Of a stretch of DNA of 64,000 nt, positions 21,496 to 31,690 are shown piece by piece. Position 1 is the first letter of the stretch, and every line of letters begins with the position of its first letter. The position numbers were made by a program, and so were the translations under genes. A model generated the notes under the pieces. The model made no database searches. It worked only from the letters and a program-made list of their open reading frames with translations, and was not told where the DNA came from. This DNA comes from a bacterium (GTDB lineage Bacteria > UBA8248), in assembly GCA_963692865.2 (NCBI GenBank), contig OY843592.1, positions 1,952,001 through 2,016,000 of the forward strand. The letters are read 5' to 3'.

Positions 21496-23123
21496 TTTTG
21501 GGGTGTTTTGGCCTTGGCCTCGCCGGGGTAAGACATTTCGATCTGGAATCGATCCAGCGTGGAATGCGTCGCCCTATCCAATGAAGCGAGGGATTTTTGG
21601 TAGTCGATGAGCGCCCGGGTTTCCTGCGTCAGCGCGTTGGCCAGCCTTTCCTGGTCTTCAAGAATGTTTCTGCTCGTCGAGAGGCCGACCCTGAATTTCT
21701 TCTCCTGGGCGTCGAGGCGCTCTTCCGCCAGCCTTCTGGCCACGCGGGTGGCCTCGATTCTTTTTACGTTGACGCGAACCCTGCGCGCGTTGCGGCGCAC
21801 TTCCTCCATGATGGCTTGCTGCGTTTTATGGAAGGAGGCTACCGTTTGGGCGTGCCTGAGCCGCGCCTGGCGGTAGTCCGCCTTTCCTCGCCTGTTTCCG
21901 ATGGGGATGCGGAACGAGACCCCGCCGGAGAAGGTGTATCTCTCGTTTTTGAATTGCTCCTCGAAGGCCTCCCCCTGATCGTCCGCGAGAGCGTTGTTGG
22001 ACGCGGACGCGTTCAGATTGACTTCGGGCAGAAGGTTTTGTCTCGCCACCTTCATGTCGATTTTTCTTTTGTCGATTTCGATGCGGGCGCTTTCCAGCGC
22101 CGCATGCTTGCGCAGGGCGTCGAGCGTGAGTTGCATCTCGTCCACATGCGCCCCCTTGAACTCCGGTTTGTCGCTGGGCTGGATCCTGATGCCCCAGGAG
22201 GAGGGTTTGTCCGCGACGTTCAGCAGCATTTTCAAAGTGTCTTCCCTGTCCTTGACTTCGCGCTCCGCCACGAGAAGGGCTTCTTCGCGGGAGGCGACGG
22301 TGGCTTCCGCCTCCGTTATCTCTATCGGGGCGAGGGTGCCGACCTCTACCTGAATCTTGTTTCGGCGCAACAGGTCCTTCGCGAGATCGAGAGACTGTCG
22401 CCTGAACTCGAGATTCTGGATGGAGAAGACGAGATCCCAGTAGGCTTGCTCCACCGCGTCCACCGTCTGGATGACCTTGCTTCGGTAAGCGTGAAGCGTT
22501 TGTTCTTTCGTGGCCATGGCCACCTTGATTCTGGCCTGGTTGATGTCGATGCCGAAATTCTTGAGCAGGGGCTGTTCGATGGTGAAGGCGAGGCTGGTTT
22601 GATAGCTCGGGTCGAACGTGTTTTGCGGGGAATTCGTGGATTCCCGGATGTTACGCAAGATGAGCGAATACTCGGCGCCCGTGATGATTTTTTGGCGAAC
22701 GCCGGCCGCTATCCCGAGGGTATCGGTTTCGCGTATTCCCCCGGTTGCGTTGAACGCGCTGCTCGCCGATCCGAGTTTGGATTTGCCGACCTCCGTTTCC
22801 ACGAAGGCCTGGGGATCGAAGGCGGAGCGTTCCCTGACGACGTTGCTCTCCGCGATGCCCGGATCGAACCCGGCGATGGTGATGTCGAAATTGCGCGCAA
22901 GGGCGATGCTCACGGCCTCTCGTATGGAGAGCGCAAGGCGAGGCCCCTGGACGGCGGGCGGCGGCACGTTGCTTCGCGGGCGCTCGAAGGAGGTTTCCGC
23001 GGACATGCCGGATTGTGCGGCCGAGGCGGCGTCCGTGAGGCAGGAAGCGGACAGAAACAAGAAAAGCACACCAATGCAAAGAGAAAACGATCTGGGCGGT
23101 CTCATGAACAGTCTTTGCTCCAC
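21492..23123 (-). CDS. TolC-family outer membrane channel
   Basis: Signal-peptide-like N-terminus, ALARN, QPLLKNFG, AYWDL, LPEVNL, FRVGLST; start could be 23105. Confidence 0.9.
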   Translation of the reverse strand: MEQRLFMRPPRSFSLCIGVLFLFLSASCLTDAASAAQSGMSAETSFERPRSNVPPPAVQGPRLALSIREAVSIALARNFDITIAGFDPGIAESNVVRERSAFDPQAFVETEVGKSKLGSASSAFNATGGIRETDTLGIAAGVRQKIITGAEYSLILRNIRESTNSPQNTFDPSYQTSLAFTIEQPLLKNFGIDINQARIKVAMATKEQTLHAYRSKVIQTVDAVEQAYWDLVFSIQNLEFRRQSLDLAKDLLRRNKIQVEVGTLAPIEITEAEATVASREEALLVAEREVKDREDTLKMLLNVADKPSSWGIRIQPSDKPEFKGAHVDEMQLTLDALRKHAALESARIEIDKRKIDMKVARQNLLPEVNLNASASNNALADDQGEAFEEQFKNERYTFSGGVSFRIPIGNRRGKADYRQARLRHAQTVASFHKTQQAIMEEVRRNARRVRVNVKRIEATRVARRLAEERLDAQEKKFRVGLSTSRNILEDQERLANALTQETRALIDYQKSLASLDRATHSTLDRFQIEMSYPGEAKAKTPQK

Positions 23124-23403
23124 GTGACTGGCGGCTTGTGTCGCAAACCGGTTTTACCATGAATCTAAATTGCATTTTCGAAGTCAGGCGCCTGCAACTC
23201 GGGAGACATATTACTCGCATCAAGGCGAAAAGGGAAATGCGATTCTGCTTCTGCGGCGATAGCTCCTTGTAAATGAGGGGGATAGAGCGATTCCCTTTCA
23301 TTCTTGCGCAAGTGCGCGGCGCTCTGCTAGAAAGATTTCCGGTGGAAGCCTACGGTTCGAAGTCGCTACGCGCAAGGCGCGATTCTTTCGAGGTGAGCGA
23401 GCG

Positions 23404-24336
23404 GTGGAAGTCTTTGAGGGAGTGGACGCCTATGATTCTGAGGATTCTCCCTCGGTTTTGAGCATCGGGAATTTCGACGGCGTTCATCTCGCGCATCGGG
23501 AGATTTGCCGCTTCATCAATCAAGAGGCCGCCCGGCGCGGCGGCCGGAGCGTCATATTGACGTTCGAGCCGCACCCGCTCTCCGTGGTCGCCCCCGAAAG
23601 GCGGCCTCCTCTCATGACGACCCTGGAAGAGAAGCTGGCCCGCCTGGAAGACCAGAACGTCCACGCCGTGGTGGTACAGAAATTCACGCCCCGTCTCGCG
23701 CAAACCGGGGCGCGGGAGTTCGTGCGGCGGATTATCGGCGAGGGCTTGAAAGCCTCGCTGGTGGCGATCGGCTTCAACTTCCGTTTCGGAAAAGGCCGCA
23801 CGGGGAACGTCGAACTCTTGCAAGACGAAGGAGCGAACGCAGGCTTCGAAACGCACGTGCTGGAGCCGTACATGTTCGAGGGCAGGCGGGTCAGCAGCAC
23901 GGAAATACGAAAACTGCTGCTGGGCGGAGCGGTGGAGGAAGCCGCACGCCTGCTGGGGCAGCATCATATGATAGAAGGGCGTGTGGTTCGCGGCGACGGG
24001 CGGGGCCGCCGGATCGGAATCCCGACGGCCAACGTGGATTACCCGCCCGTCCTGATTCCCGAAAACGGGGTGTACGCCTGCCGGGTGCAGATAGACGGCA
24101 GGGAGGGTCTCCGTTATCCCGCCGTGACGAACATCGGAAACCGCCCCACGTTCGACAAGAAGGAAGTGACCCTCGAAACCCACCTGCTGGATTGGGATGG
24201 GGATTTGTATGAAAAATCCATCCGGGTGGAGTTCGTCTCCCGCCTGCGCGAGGAGAAGAAGTTCTCGGGTCCCGAAGAGCTCGTGCGGCAAATTCGCCTG
24301 GATATCGAAAACGGGCGGAAAAAGTTGAGCGTCTAG
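23404..24336 (+). CDS. ribF: Bifunctional riboflavin kinase/FAD synthetase
   Basis: IGNFDGVHLAH, TFEPHP, FRFG, SSTEIR, GIPTAN, NIGNRPTF, ETHLLD. Confidence 0.98.
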   Translation: MEVFEGVDAYDSEDSPSVLSIGNFDGVHLAHREICRFINQEAARRGGRSVILTFEPHPLSVVAPERRPPLMTTLEEKLARLEDQNVHAVVVQKFTPRLAQTGAREFVRRIIGEGLKASLVAIGFNFRFGKGRTGNVELLQDEGANAGFETHVLEPYMFEGRRVSSTEIRKLLLGGAVEEAARLLGQHHMIEGRVVRGDGRGRRIGIPTANVDYPPVLIPENGVYACRVQIDGREGLRYPAVTNIGNRPTFDKKEVTLETHLLDWDGDLYEKSIRVEFVSRLREEKKFSGPEELVRQIRLDIENGRKKLSV

Positions 24337-24959
24337 GCCAGAATCCCCGTCAGCCCGTCGTAGACGAAAAACACCCCGAAGCCCAGCATCACCCAGGCGC
24401 AGCCCTGCTCGATTCTCCTCCACCCGGTTTCGCCGATCATGCGGCTCCCCTGGTTCGACGACCACGTGACGAAAACGGCCCACACGGCGTCCGCCGAAAG
24501 GTGAACGACCGTCATGCCCACGAGACCGGCGAGCCACCCGAATTCGCTCGTTCGCGCGATGAGGCTCGCGCCGATGGTGAGCCACCACAACACCCAGTAG
24601 GGGTTCAGCAACGTGAGCAGGACGCCGCCGGTGATAGAGTTGCATTCCAGGACGCTCTTTTGTTCGGTATCTGAGGGCCGGAAATTCCGGAACACGCCGC
24701 TTCCCAGGTAAATCAGCACGCCCCCGCCCAGCAGGGAGACGCCCTCGCGTATTCCCTGGATCTCGAAGATAGGCTGAAGCCCGGCGTACAAGGCGATGAT
24801 GAGCGGGACTTCGGCCAGGGCGTGGCCGAGGGTCACCCAGGCGCCCGCCCAAGGGCTTTCCCTGCCGCGCGCGATGAGGAACGCCGTGAGCGGCCCGGGC
24901 GACATGACGCCGCTCAGGGAGATGACGGTGATGAATCCGTAAAAGGCGAGCAGGTTCAT
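24333..24959 (-). CDS. LysE-family translocator
   Basis: SGVMSPGP, LGHALAE, LLNPYWVLWW; about six hydrophobic helices. Confidence 0.9.
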   Translation of the reverse strand: MNLLAFYGFITVISLSGVMSPGPLTAFLIARGRESPWAGAWVTLGHALAEVPLIIALYAGLQPIFEIQGIREGVSLLGGGVLIYLGSGVFRNFRPSDTEQKSVLECNSITGGVLLTLLNPYWVLWWLTIGASLIARTSEFGWLAGLVGMTVVHLSADAVWAVFVTWSSNQGSRMIGETGWRRIEQGCAWVMLGFGVFFVYDGLTGILA

Positions 24960-25201
24960 GAGTTTGGTCGTGTTTCATCGAGCAGGCGGCGCAGCCGATC
25001 GACGTTCAGGTGATACTTGAATACCTTGGTTTTTCCCAGAAAACCGACGGGCGCCTCCTCGCCGTAGAGGCGGGCGAGTTCCGGGTCCGTATCCACGTCG
25101 ACCTCATCAATGGCGAGGTCCGGAAAATGGCGCATCATCGCCTCTTTCGCATCGTCGCATAAATGGCACTCGTTTCGCGTATAGAGCGTAATTTTGGGCA
25201 T
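24956..25201 (-). CDS. Glutaredoxin-like protein (DUF836 type)
   Basis: TLYTRNECHLCDDAK with CxxC; EVDVDTDPEL..LYG. Confidence 0.88.
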   Translation of the reverse strand: MPKITLYTRNECHLCDDAKEAMMRHFPDLAIDEVDVDTDPELARLYGEEAPVGFLGKTKVFKYHLNVDRLRRLLDETRPNS

Positions 25202-25298
25202 ATCTTCCTGCACTCTTGTCGGGTTCGGATTCTGGGTCGTTACGCCTTCTGCCAACTATATCAAATGACGAGATAGTTTGATTCATCGGCGCGAATCC

Positions 25299-25327
25299 TT
25301 GACAACGCATTCTCCCCCCGATATAGG
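25299..25327 (+). promoter_or_regulatory. Putative sigma70 promoter of tRNA-Leu
   Basis: TTGACA-17-TATAGG, about 20 nt upstream of the tRNA. Confidence 0.6.
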
Positions 25328-25347
25328 AAATGACTACCAATCTTCTC

Positions 25348-25434
25348 GCCGGAGTGGCGGAACTGGTAGACGCGCTAGATTCAGGTTCTAGTGGGCTTCG
25401 GCTCGTGGAGGTTCAAGTCCTCTCTCCGGCACCA
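25348..25434 (+). tRNA. tRNA-Leu (CAG)
   Basis: GCCGGAG/CTCCGGC acceptor stem, CTAGA-TTCAGGT-TCTAG anticodon arm, long variable arm, GGTTCAAGTCC T-loop, encoded CCA. Confidence 0.98.
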
Positions 25435-25489
25435 ATAAAAATCAAATCGTTCGGGGGAAGGCGCGCCCTTTCCCCGCTCGGGAGGCTTC

Positions 25490-26743
25490 ATGAAGATCGT
25501 CGAGGATAAACTTTCGAACGGGGTTCGCGTCGTGACGGCCGAACGCGCCGAATCGGCGGCCGTGGCGTTCCATATCTATTTCGGTTGCGGCGGCCGCCAT
25601 GAGCGCGACGAAGTGGTGGGCGTCTCCCATGCGCTGGAGCATATGGTCTTCAAGGGCACGCCTTCGAGAACGACGCTCGACATCGCGCGCGAGATGGAAG
25701 GCAACGGCGCGTCCATCAACGCGAACACCGCGCCCGAGCGCACTTGCTATCACTTCACGGCGCCGGCCGATGCGTTCGCCACCGTCCTGGAAGTCTATGC
25801 GGACGCGGTGAACAACTGCCTGCTGGACAAGGACGAGTGGCATCGGGAGCGGATGGTCATCCTCGAAGAATTGAAGATGTATGAGGACATGCCGCGGATC
25901 TGGGTGTCGGACATGCTGGAGACCACGGTCTACAACCTGCAGATGGGCGTCATCGGGGACCGCGATACCATCAACGCGATAGAGCCCGAAGACATGCGTG
26001 AACTGATCGAGAGATGGTACGTTCCCGGCAACACGGTGATCTCCGTGGCGGGCGGCGTGAAGCACGAAGAGGTGGTGGCGCTCTCCGAGCAGTACTTCGG
26101 GGAGCGAAGCGGAAGCCGAGAGAAGCCCCGGTCCCCGGGATTGCCGGGGGAGAGCAAGGCCAAAATCGTGGATCAGGCCCGCCAGACGGATCAGGTGAAC
26201 CTCGCGCTCGGCTTCCGCGCCTTCGGCCTGAATCACGAAGACGCGGCCCCCCTCCGGGTGATGTGCAACATACTGGGCGGAAAGATGAGCAGCAGGCTGT
26301 TCACCGAAGTGCGCGAGAAGCGGGGGCTCGCCTACAGCGTGGGCGCCGCGCCGCATCGCTACACCGATACCGGCATGGTGGAGCTCAAGGCGGGCGTGGC
26401 GCTCGAAAAGGCGGTGGAGGCGACCGAGGTGATGCTCTCCGAAACGGGAAAGTTCAAAAGCGAACCCGTTACAGAGGATGAACTCGCCGAAGCGAAACGA
26501 TACATCAAGGGAAATATCCAGATACGCGAGAGTTCGGAATATCACGCGGGCCGAAACGGCTCGAACCTCATGCTCAGGGGCAGGGTGTACTCCGTGGAGG
26601 AGGAATTGGCCGAAGTCGACTCCGTGGACGAGGAGGACATTCAGCGCGTGGCGGGCGCAGTCTTTCAGGAAGAGGGACTCACGGCCGCCGTCATCGCGGA
26701 GCGCGAACTCGGCTCCGAACTCGAAGCGGTCCTCAAGATTTAG
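25490..26743 (+). CDS. M16-family zinc peptidase
   Basis: HALEHMVFKGT (HxxEH), INANT, VILEEL, ILGGKMSSRLFTEVREKRGLAY. Confidence 0.95.
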   Translation: MKIVEDKLSNGVRVVTAERAESAAVAFHIYFGCGGRHERDEVVGVSHALEHMVFKGTPSRTTLDIAREMEGNGASINANTAPERTCYHFTAPADAFATVLEVYADAVNNCLLDKDEWHRERMVILEELKMYEDMPRIWVSDMLETTVYNLQMGVIGDRDTINAIEPEDMRELIERWYVPGNTVISVAGGVKHEEVVALSEQYFGERSGSREKPRSPGLPGESKAKIVDQARQTDQVNLALGFRAFGLNHEDAAPLRVMCNILGGKMSSRLFTEVREKRGLAYSVGAAPHRYTDTGMVELKAGVALEKAVEATEVMLSETGKFKSEPVTEDELAEAKRYIKGNIQIRESSEYHAGRNGSNLMLRGRVYSVEEELAEVDSVDEEDIQRVAGAVFQEEGLTAAVIAERELGSELEAVLKI

Positions 26744-26768
26744 TTTTCTGCGTCTTTTACCGGAAAAG

Positions 26769-28649
26769 CTAGCGAGCCGCCCCTTCCACCGCCGGTCGGG
26801 GGCTGCTGAGCAGGATGACGGTTCGCCTGTTCTTGGCGCGGCCTTCTTCGGAGTCGTTGCTCGCCACGGGACGGTAAAACGAATGTCCCGTCGCCGACAT
26901 GCGCGCGGGCGATATGTTTTTCGATTCCAGAAACTTGACGATGGCGACGGCGCGCGCGAACGAGAGTTCCCAGTTCGAGGGATAGAGGTCAAGCAGATTG
27001 TTTTTGATCGGCTGATCGTCGGTGTGCCCTTCGATGCGGATCATCTTGTCTTTTTGTTTCTGGAGAAAATCCGCGATGTTTGAAAGCGTCTCGAAACTTT
27101 TTTCCCTGAGCGTGGCGCTGCCGGAATCGAACAAGAGGCTGTTCACGATGGTCACGCGGAGTTGGTCCTTCGTCTGCTCCAGATTGACGGTCTGTTTTTT
27201 CAGTTGGGCGTCCAGCTGGCTCAGGTCCGCTTCCAGCCTTTTGGCCCGTTCGGCCTCCTCAAGCGCTCTTTTCTCCAGCACTTTCGAGCGCGCGATCGCC
27301 AGCGTGTGTTTTTTGATCGTTTCCGCCAGGCTCAGGTTCGTCTGATCCAGCTTGTTCTTGATGAGCTCGGCCACGGAAGTTTTCTCGGCGATGAGTTGGC
27401 TCATCTCCTGAATCTGCGCCTGTTGAAGCTCCCTGGATTTCGTAAGGCGTCCCACCTCTTCGGCTCTTATTCTCGCGAGTTCGGCGTTTCGCGCGCTTGC
27501 TTTTTCAGCCTTCGCCCGGTTTTTGCGCTCGTTATCGAGGGATGTGCGGATTTGATTGAGCGAGAGTTGGAGGTTTTGCGCTTTCGTTTTCTCGCGCGCC
27601 ATGCCGGCGTTTTTCTCCGCAATCAGCCGCCCCATTTCCTGAACCTGGGTTTTGAGGAGCGCTCTTGAATTTTGAAGGCGTTTCAATTCTTCGGCCTGGT
27701 TTCTCGCAAGCATTGCGTCTTGCGCATTCGCTTTTGCCGCCTTGGCGTTCGACTTTCGTGAGTTTGCTTTTTTCCGCGCGGAAGCGATAAGTTTGTCCAC
27801 CCTCTGAAGCTGGGCTTCAAGTGATCCCTGAAATCTTTCGAGGCGCTTTATCTCTTTGACTTGAGTCGCCGCGAGTTCGAGGCTTTGTTTGGTTAATTTT
27901 TCGACCAGCGACTGTGTTTTGCGGTCGCTCTTGAGGTTCGCCTGGATTTGTTTGAGGGTGGTTTCAAATTTTCGCGCCTTTGCTTTTTCCTGATCGATAG
28001 CGGCGTTTTTCTCCTCGATGAGCCGGCTCGTCTCTTTGGCCTGCGCTTCGAGGTTCTTTATCGCTTCGGCCCGGCCTGCGGCGAGTTCGATGTTTTGCGT
28101 ATTCGCTTTTTCCGCCTCGGCGCGCGCCTTGCGCTCGTTGTCGAGGGAGCCGCTGAGGATGTCGAGCGTAACCTTGAGATTTCGGACTTTGGCTTTTTCC
28201 TGCTTCATGCCGGCGTTTTTCTCTGTGATTAGTCGGCTCGCTTCTTTGGCCTGTGCTTCCAGGCGCTTTATCTCTTCGGCGCGCGCCTTGCGCTCGTTAT
28301 CGAGGGTAGTCTGGTTTTCTTCGAGAGCGGTCGCGAGGGCTAGAAGTTTGGTTTTTTCCTGCAGGATAGCCGCGTTTTTCTCCTCGACGAGCCGGCTCAA
28401 CTCTTCCATCCGCGTCTGCGCAGAGGAACTCACGTTTTTGAACCGCGACTCCAGGTCCTTCATCTTTTGATCCAGGTTTTTGAAACGGAGGATGTCGCTT
28501 TTGAGCTTTGCGGTGCTCTCTTTTTCCTTCGAGAGCTCGGTCTCTCGTTGTTGGAGCAGACTTTTCGTCGTTTGTGTTTGCTGGGCGAAGTATCCTGTTC
28601 CGGCGAGAAGGACTGCGATAATCGCCCCTATGGAGATCCGAAGACCCAA
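26769..28649 (-). CDS. Membrane-anchored long coiled-coil protein with C-terminal OmpA/MotB-like peptidoglycan-binding domain
   Basis: N-terminal TM; about 470 aa repetitive coiled coil; LLFDSGSA, IEGHTDD, NWELSFARA, NRR. Confidence 0.9.
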   Translation of the reverse strand: MGLRISIGAIIAVLLAGTGYFAQQTQTTKSLLQQRETELSKEKESTAKLKSDILRFKNLDQKMKDLESRFKNVSSSAQTRMEELSRLVEEKNAAILQEKTKLLALATALEENQTTLDNERKARAEEIKRLEAQAKEASRLITEKNAGMKQEKAKVRNLKVTLDILSGSLDNERKARAEAEKANTQNIELAAGRAEAIKNLEAQAKETSRLIEEKNAAIDQEKAKARKFETTLKQIQANLKSDRKTQSLVEKLTKQSLELAATQVKEIKRLERFQGSLEAQLQRVDKLIASARKKANSRKSNAKAAKANAQDAMLARNQAEELKRLQNSRALLKTQVQEMGRLIAEKNAGMAREKTKAQNLQLSLNQIRTSLDNERKNRAKAEKASARNAELARIRAEEVGRLTKSRELQQAQIQEMSQLIAEKTSVAELIKNKLDQTNLSLAETIKKHTLAIARSKVLEKRALEEAERAKRLEADLSQLDAQLKKQTVNLEQTKDQLRVTIVNSLLFDSGSATLREKSFETLSNIADFLQKQKDKMIRIEGHTDDQPIKNNLLDLYPSNWELSFARAVAIVKFLESKNISPARMSATGHSFYRPVASNDSEEGRAKNRRTVILLSSPRPAVEGAAR

Positions 28650-28760
28650 GGCTATTCTCCTGCGAGGGCGATGGTGGGTGTTGCGTCTTTCATAATTCCA
28701 ATTATATCACTCATTGCAGGGAAATTGAACAAGTGGACGCAATACGTTGCCACTATGACA

Positions 28761-28784
28761 AAGCCGGGGCCCGGGCCCCGGCTT
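28761..28784 (-). terminator. Putative terminator after the BI-1/YccA gene
   Basis: AAGCCGGGGC/GCCCCGGCTT perfect stem; short T tail on the minus strand. Confidence 0.55.
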
Positions 28785-28808
28785 CGTGGATGGATACGTT
28801 CGCCTTGC

Positions 28809-29519
28809 TCATTCGCGAGACGCGCCCAGCAGATGCGTGAGGTAGATGAACATCATGATGAAATCGAGATAGAGTTCGAGCGCCGCCATGATGGAGGCGC
28901 GCCTGCCCGTTTCGTTGTCCGTGTCCTGGGAGTAGGCGTATTCCTTCATCTTCTGGGTGTCATAGGCGGTCAGGCCCGCAAAGATGAGAACGCCCAGGAC
29001 GCTGATGGCGAAGTGGACGGCGGAACTGCCCACGAAGATGTTGACGACGCTGGCGAGGATGATGCCGATGAGACCCACCATGCAGAAGTTGCCCACGCCC
29101 GATAAATCTTTTTTCGTCACGAACGCGAAGAGGGTCAATCCGCCGAACGCGCCGCCGGTGACGAAAAACGCCTGGGCTACGGAGGTGAGCGTGTAGCGCA
29201 GGAGCAGGGTGGAAACGGTGACGCCCAGCGTGGCGCTGTAGAGCAGGAACAAGAGCGCGCCCGCTTGCCAGCCTTTGCTGCGCATCACGGGTCTGATCGA
29301 GAAAACCAGCGCGAGTTGAACGCCGATGACCAGAAATACCGAGATGGAGCTTCCAAAAATGAACTGGATGGCGGCGGGGCTGGATGCGACGTAGAGCGCG
29401 CTGAAACCCGTAATAAAAAGCCCGAGTGTCATCCATCCGTAGACGCGCTGCATGAACGCGGCGGCGTCTTGCGCGATGACGCGTTGCCCGGTCGAGCGGG
29501 TGAAGTCTTGAGAGCGCAT
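28809..29519 (-). CDS. Bax inhibitor-1/YccA family membrane protein
   Basis: FMQRVYGWM, TKKDLS, AYDTQKMK, ALELYLDF; about seven TM helices. Confidence 0.94.
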   Translation of the reverse strand: MRSQDFTRSTGQRVIAQDAAAFMQRVYGWMTLGLFITGFSALYVASSPAAIQFIFGSSISVFLVIGVQLALVFSIRPVMRSKGWQAGALLFLLYSATLGVTVSTLLLRYTLTSVAQAFFVTGGAFGGLTLFAFVTKKDLSGVGNFCMVGLIGIILASVVNIFVGSSAVHFAISVLGVLIFAGLTAYDTQKMKEYAYSQDTDNETGRRASIMAALELYLDFIMMFIYLTHLLGASRE

Positions 29520-29737
29520 TTGAGAAATCCTCCTGGATTGTCCAATCGTTCGTATCTTGGGCGAAGCGGCCAAAGTTTATTCAGGCTTCAGTAAATTCTC
29601 ATATCCTCTACTTTAGAGGATATCACCATACACTCGCTAATATATCCCATTTGATGAATGTTTCAAGACCCGAAAATGTGGTTTCTTGTGACGGCGCCAT
29701 ATACAGCCCTCGAGAAACATCCGTGCGGGCGCACTGG

Positions 29738-29777
29738 TTGACTTGGATTGTAAGGCTCCATATAATTAGGCCCCATA
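29738..29777 (+). promoter_or_regulatory. Sigma70 promoter overlapped by two candidate MarR operators
   Basis: TTGACT-17-TATAAT (29738-29766); TAAGGCTCCATA 29751-29762 and TTAGGCCCCATA 29766-29777. Confidence 0.7.
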
Positions 29778-29799
29778 GCATTTATTTTCGGAGAAATCC

Positions 29800-30342
29800 A
29801 TGTTCTACATGAAAGAACTGCCCAGCGAGGAAGATTTCAGGCCCCTCGTGCCGGAGTATTCCTCTCTGGATACTTCTTCGGTCATGCTTTTTTATCTTTT
29901 CTTGCAGGTCGGCAGCGACATGCTCACCGCCTTCGAGACTTATCTGGCCGATCACGGCGTATCGCAGGGCAGGTTTATCGTTTTATTGTTGCTGCTGCGC
30001 TCACAAATGAGAAACAACGACTCGGGCCTCAGTCCGTCGGAGTTGGCCGGGCAGGCCGGGGTCACCCGCGCGACGATGACCGGGTTGATGAAGGGCCTGC
30101 AACGCGACGGACTCATCGAGCGTTTCGGCAACAACGATGACGGTAGAAAGATCATCGTGCGTCTGACGCCCAGGGGAAAAGAGAGCCTGAACGCCATTTT
30201 CCCCGATTATTACTCGCGAATTGCGGAACTCATGAATGACTTGGAGGACGATGAAAGGGAGAAACTCTCCATGCTCCTCCATAAAGTGAAGAAAAAAATG
30301 AATTCATCGAAACAGGCGCCGGCCGCCGGCGCCCGAGGATGA
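29800..30342 (+). CDS. MarR-family transcriptional regulator
   Basis: SPSELA..AGVTRATMTGL..GL.RDGLIER, DGR...V.LT..G. Confidence 0.93.
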   Translation: MFYMKELPSEEDFRPLVPEYSSLDTSSVMLFYLFLQVGSDMLTAFETYLADHGVSQGRFIVLLLLLRSQMRNNDSGLSPSELAGQAGVTRATMTGLMKGLQRDGLIERFGNNDDGRKIIVRLTPRGKESLNAIFPDYYSRIAELMNDLEDDEREKLSMLLHKVKKKMNSSKQAPAAGARG

Positions 30343-30375
30343 AACAAACCTCTGTCGAGGAAGGAGAACAAGGCG

Positions 30376-31620
30376 ATGGCGAAACCCAAAGTGATCATCC
30401 AGCTATACCCCATGCTGCCGACGGAAAGCCGGGAGGAGCGAGAGCAGAAAAGGCCCCTGGCGAGGGACAAGGATCTGTATCATCACGTGCTTCACGAATG
30501 GGTTGACATCGTGAAAGCCGCCGACGAGATGGGCGTTTGGGGCATCAGCACCATCGAGCACCACCTGCATTCGGAGGGTTACGAGGTAGGCCCCAACCCG
30601 GGCGTTCTCAACTCGTGGTGGGCCGCTCATGTGAAAAACGCGCGGGTCGGCGCGCTCGGTTACGTCATGGCGACGCAAGATCCGATTCGCGTGGCCGAGG
30701 AGACGGCCATCCTCGACCACATCACCAAGGGCAAGTTCTTCTGTGGCCTGGCGCGCGGGTATCAGTCGAGATGGTCGAACGTCCTGGGGCAGTTCAGCGA
30801 CACCCGGGCCACCGTCTCCGACGCCCTCGGCGGGGCCGACGACGTGAAGAACCGCGACATCTTCGAAGAGCGCGTCGAGATGCTGCTGAAATTCTGGCAG
30901 GAAGATTCGGTGGAAGTGAAGGGGAATTACTACGAGATTCCCTACCCGTATGAGGACGGCATCGATTACCCGGCCTGGAAGAGCGCCCGGGACGCGGGCG
31001 CAATCGGCGAGATCGGCGACGACAATCGGGTGCGAAGGGTGAGCGTCGTGCCGAAACCCTATCAGGAGCCTTATCCGCCCGTGTTCCAGGCCGTGAGCGC
31101 GAGCCCGGATTCCATCAAATTCGCCGCGAGAAACGGGTTCCGGCCCGTGTATTTCACCAAGCTGGAAAAGATGGAGGAATTCTCGCACCTCTACGTTGAG
31201 GAAGCAGCAAAGGCGGGACACAACTTCGCGCATGGCGAGCGGCAGTGCGTCTGCCGGTGGATCCATGTGACGGACACCGAAGAGGAGTACGACGAGAAGC
31301 TCAGGAAATACGATCAGGACATCTACCAGAACTTCTACGTGCCATTCTTCCCCCAGTTCCCGGACGATACGGAGAGCATCGACTGGATTCAGAACATCAA
31401 GGAAAGCGGCATCTTCCTGGGCGGTCCGGTGGACAAGCTCAAGCGCGAGTGGGAGGAAACGTATGAGAAAGTGCCTTCGGAGTTCATCACTCTCATCTGG
31501 CACTACGCGCAATGCCCCAAGGAAGAGGTGATTTACGAGTTGGAGACGTTCATGACGAAGATATGGCCCGACCTCGAATGTCCGGTGTCGAACGGCGTCA
31601 CGGTGGGCGGCGTCGCCTGA
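30376..31620 (+). CDS. LLM-class (luciferase-like) flavin-dependent oxidoreductase
   Basis: IEHHLH, DPIRVAEETAILDH, GLARGYQ, VVPKPYQEPYPP, S..S..FAA. Confidence 0.92.
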   Translation: MAKPKVIIQLYPMLPTESREEREQKRPLARDKDLYHHVLHEWVDIVKAADEMGVWGISTIEHHLHSEGYEVGPNPGVLNSWWAAHVKNARVGALGYVMATQDPIRVAEETAILDHITKGKFFCGLARGYQSRWSNVLGQFSDTRATVSDALGGADDVKNRDIFEERVEMLLKFWQEDSVEVKGNYYEIPYPYEDGIDYPAWKSARDAGAIGEIGDDNRVRRVSVVPKPYQEPYPPVFQAVSASPDSIKFAARNGFRPVYFTKLEKMEEFSHLYVEEAAKAGHNFAHGERQCVCRWIHVTDTEEEYDEKLRKYDQDIYQNFYVPFFPQFPDDTESIDWIQNIKESGIFLGGPVDKLKREWEETYEKVPSEFITLIWHYAQCPKEEVIYELETFMTKIWPDLECPVSNGVTVGGVA

Positions 31621-31635
31621 TTTTTGTTTGCGATG

Positions 31636-31665
31636 AAGCCCCCGCATCCACGCGCGGGGGTTTTT
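31636..31665 (+). terminator. Intrinsic terminator-like hairpin
   Basis: AAGCCCCCGC/GCGGGGGTTT stem followed by a T run. Confidence 0.65.
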
Positions 31666-31690
31666 CGGATTGTTTTACGAGGAGACGAGC

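Noticed and set aside
23124-23403. Possible structured RNA or FMN riboswitch upstream of ribF
   Set aside because: Only one imperfect inverted repeat (AAAGGGAAATGC/GCGATTCCCTTT); no FMN riboswitch consensus recognised. An Rfam scan would settle it.
25348-25434. tRNA-Leu as an integration site for an island
   Set aside because: No integrase and no duplicated tRNA 3' end noticed in the window.
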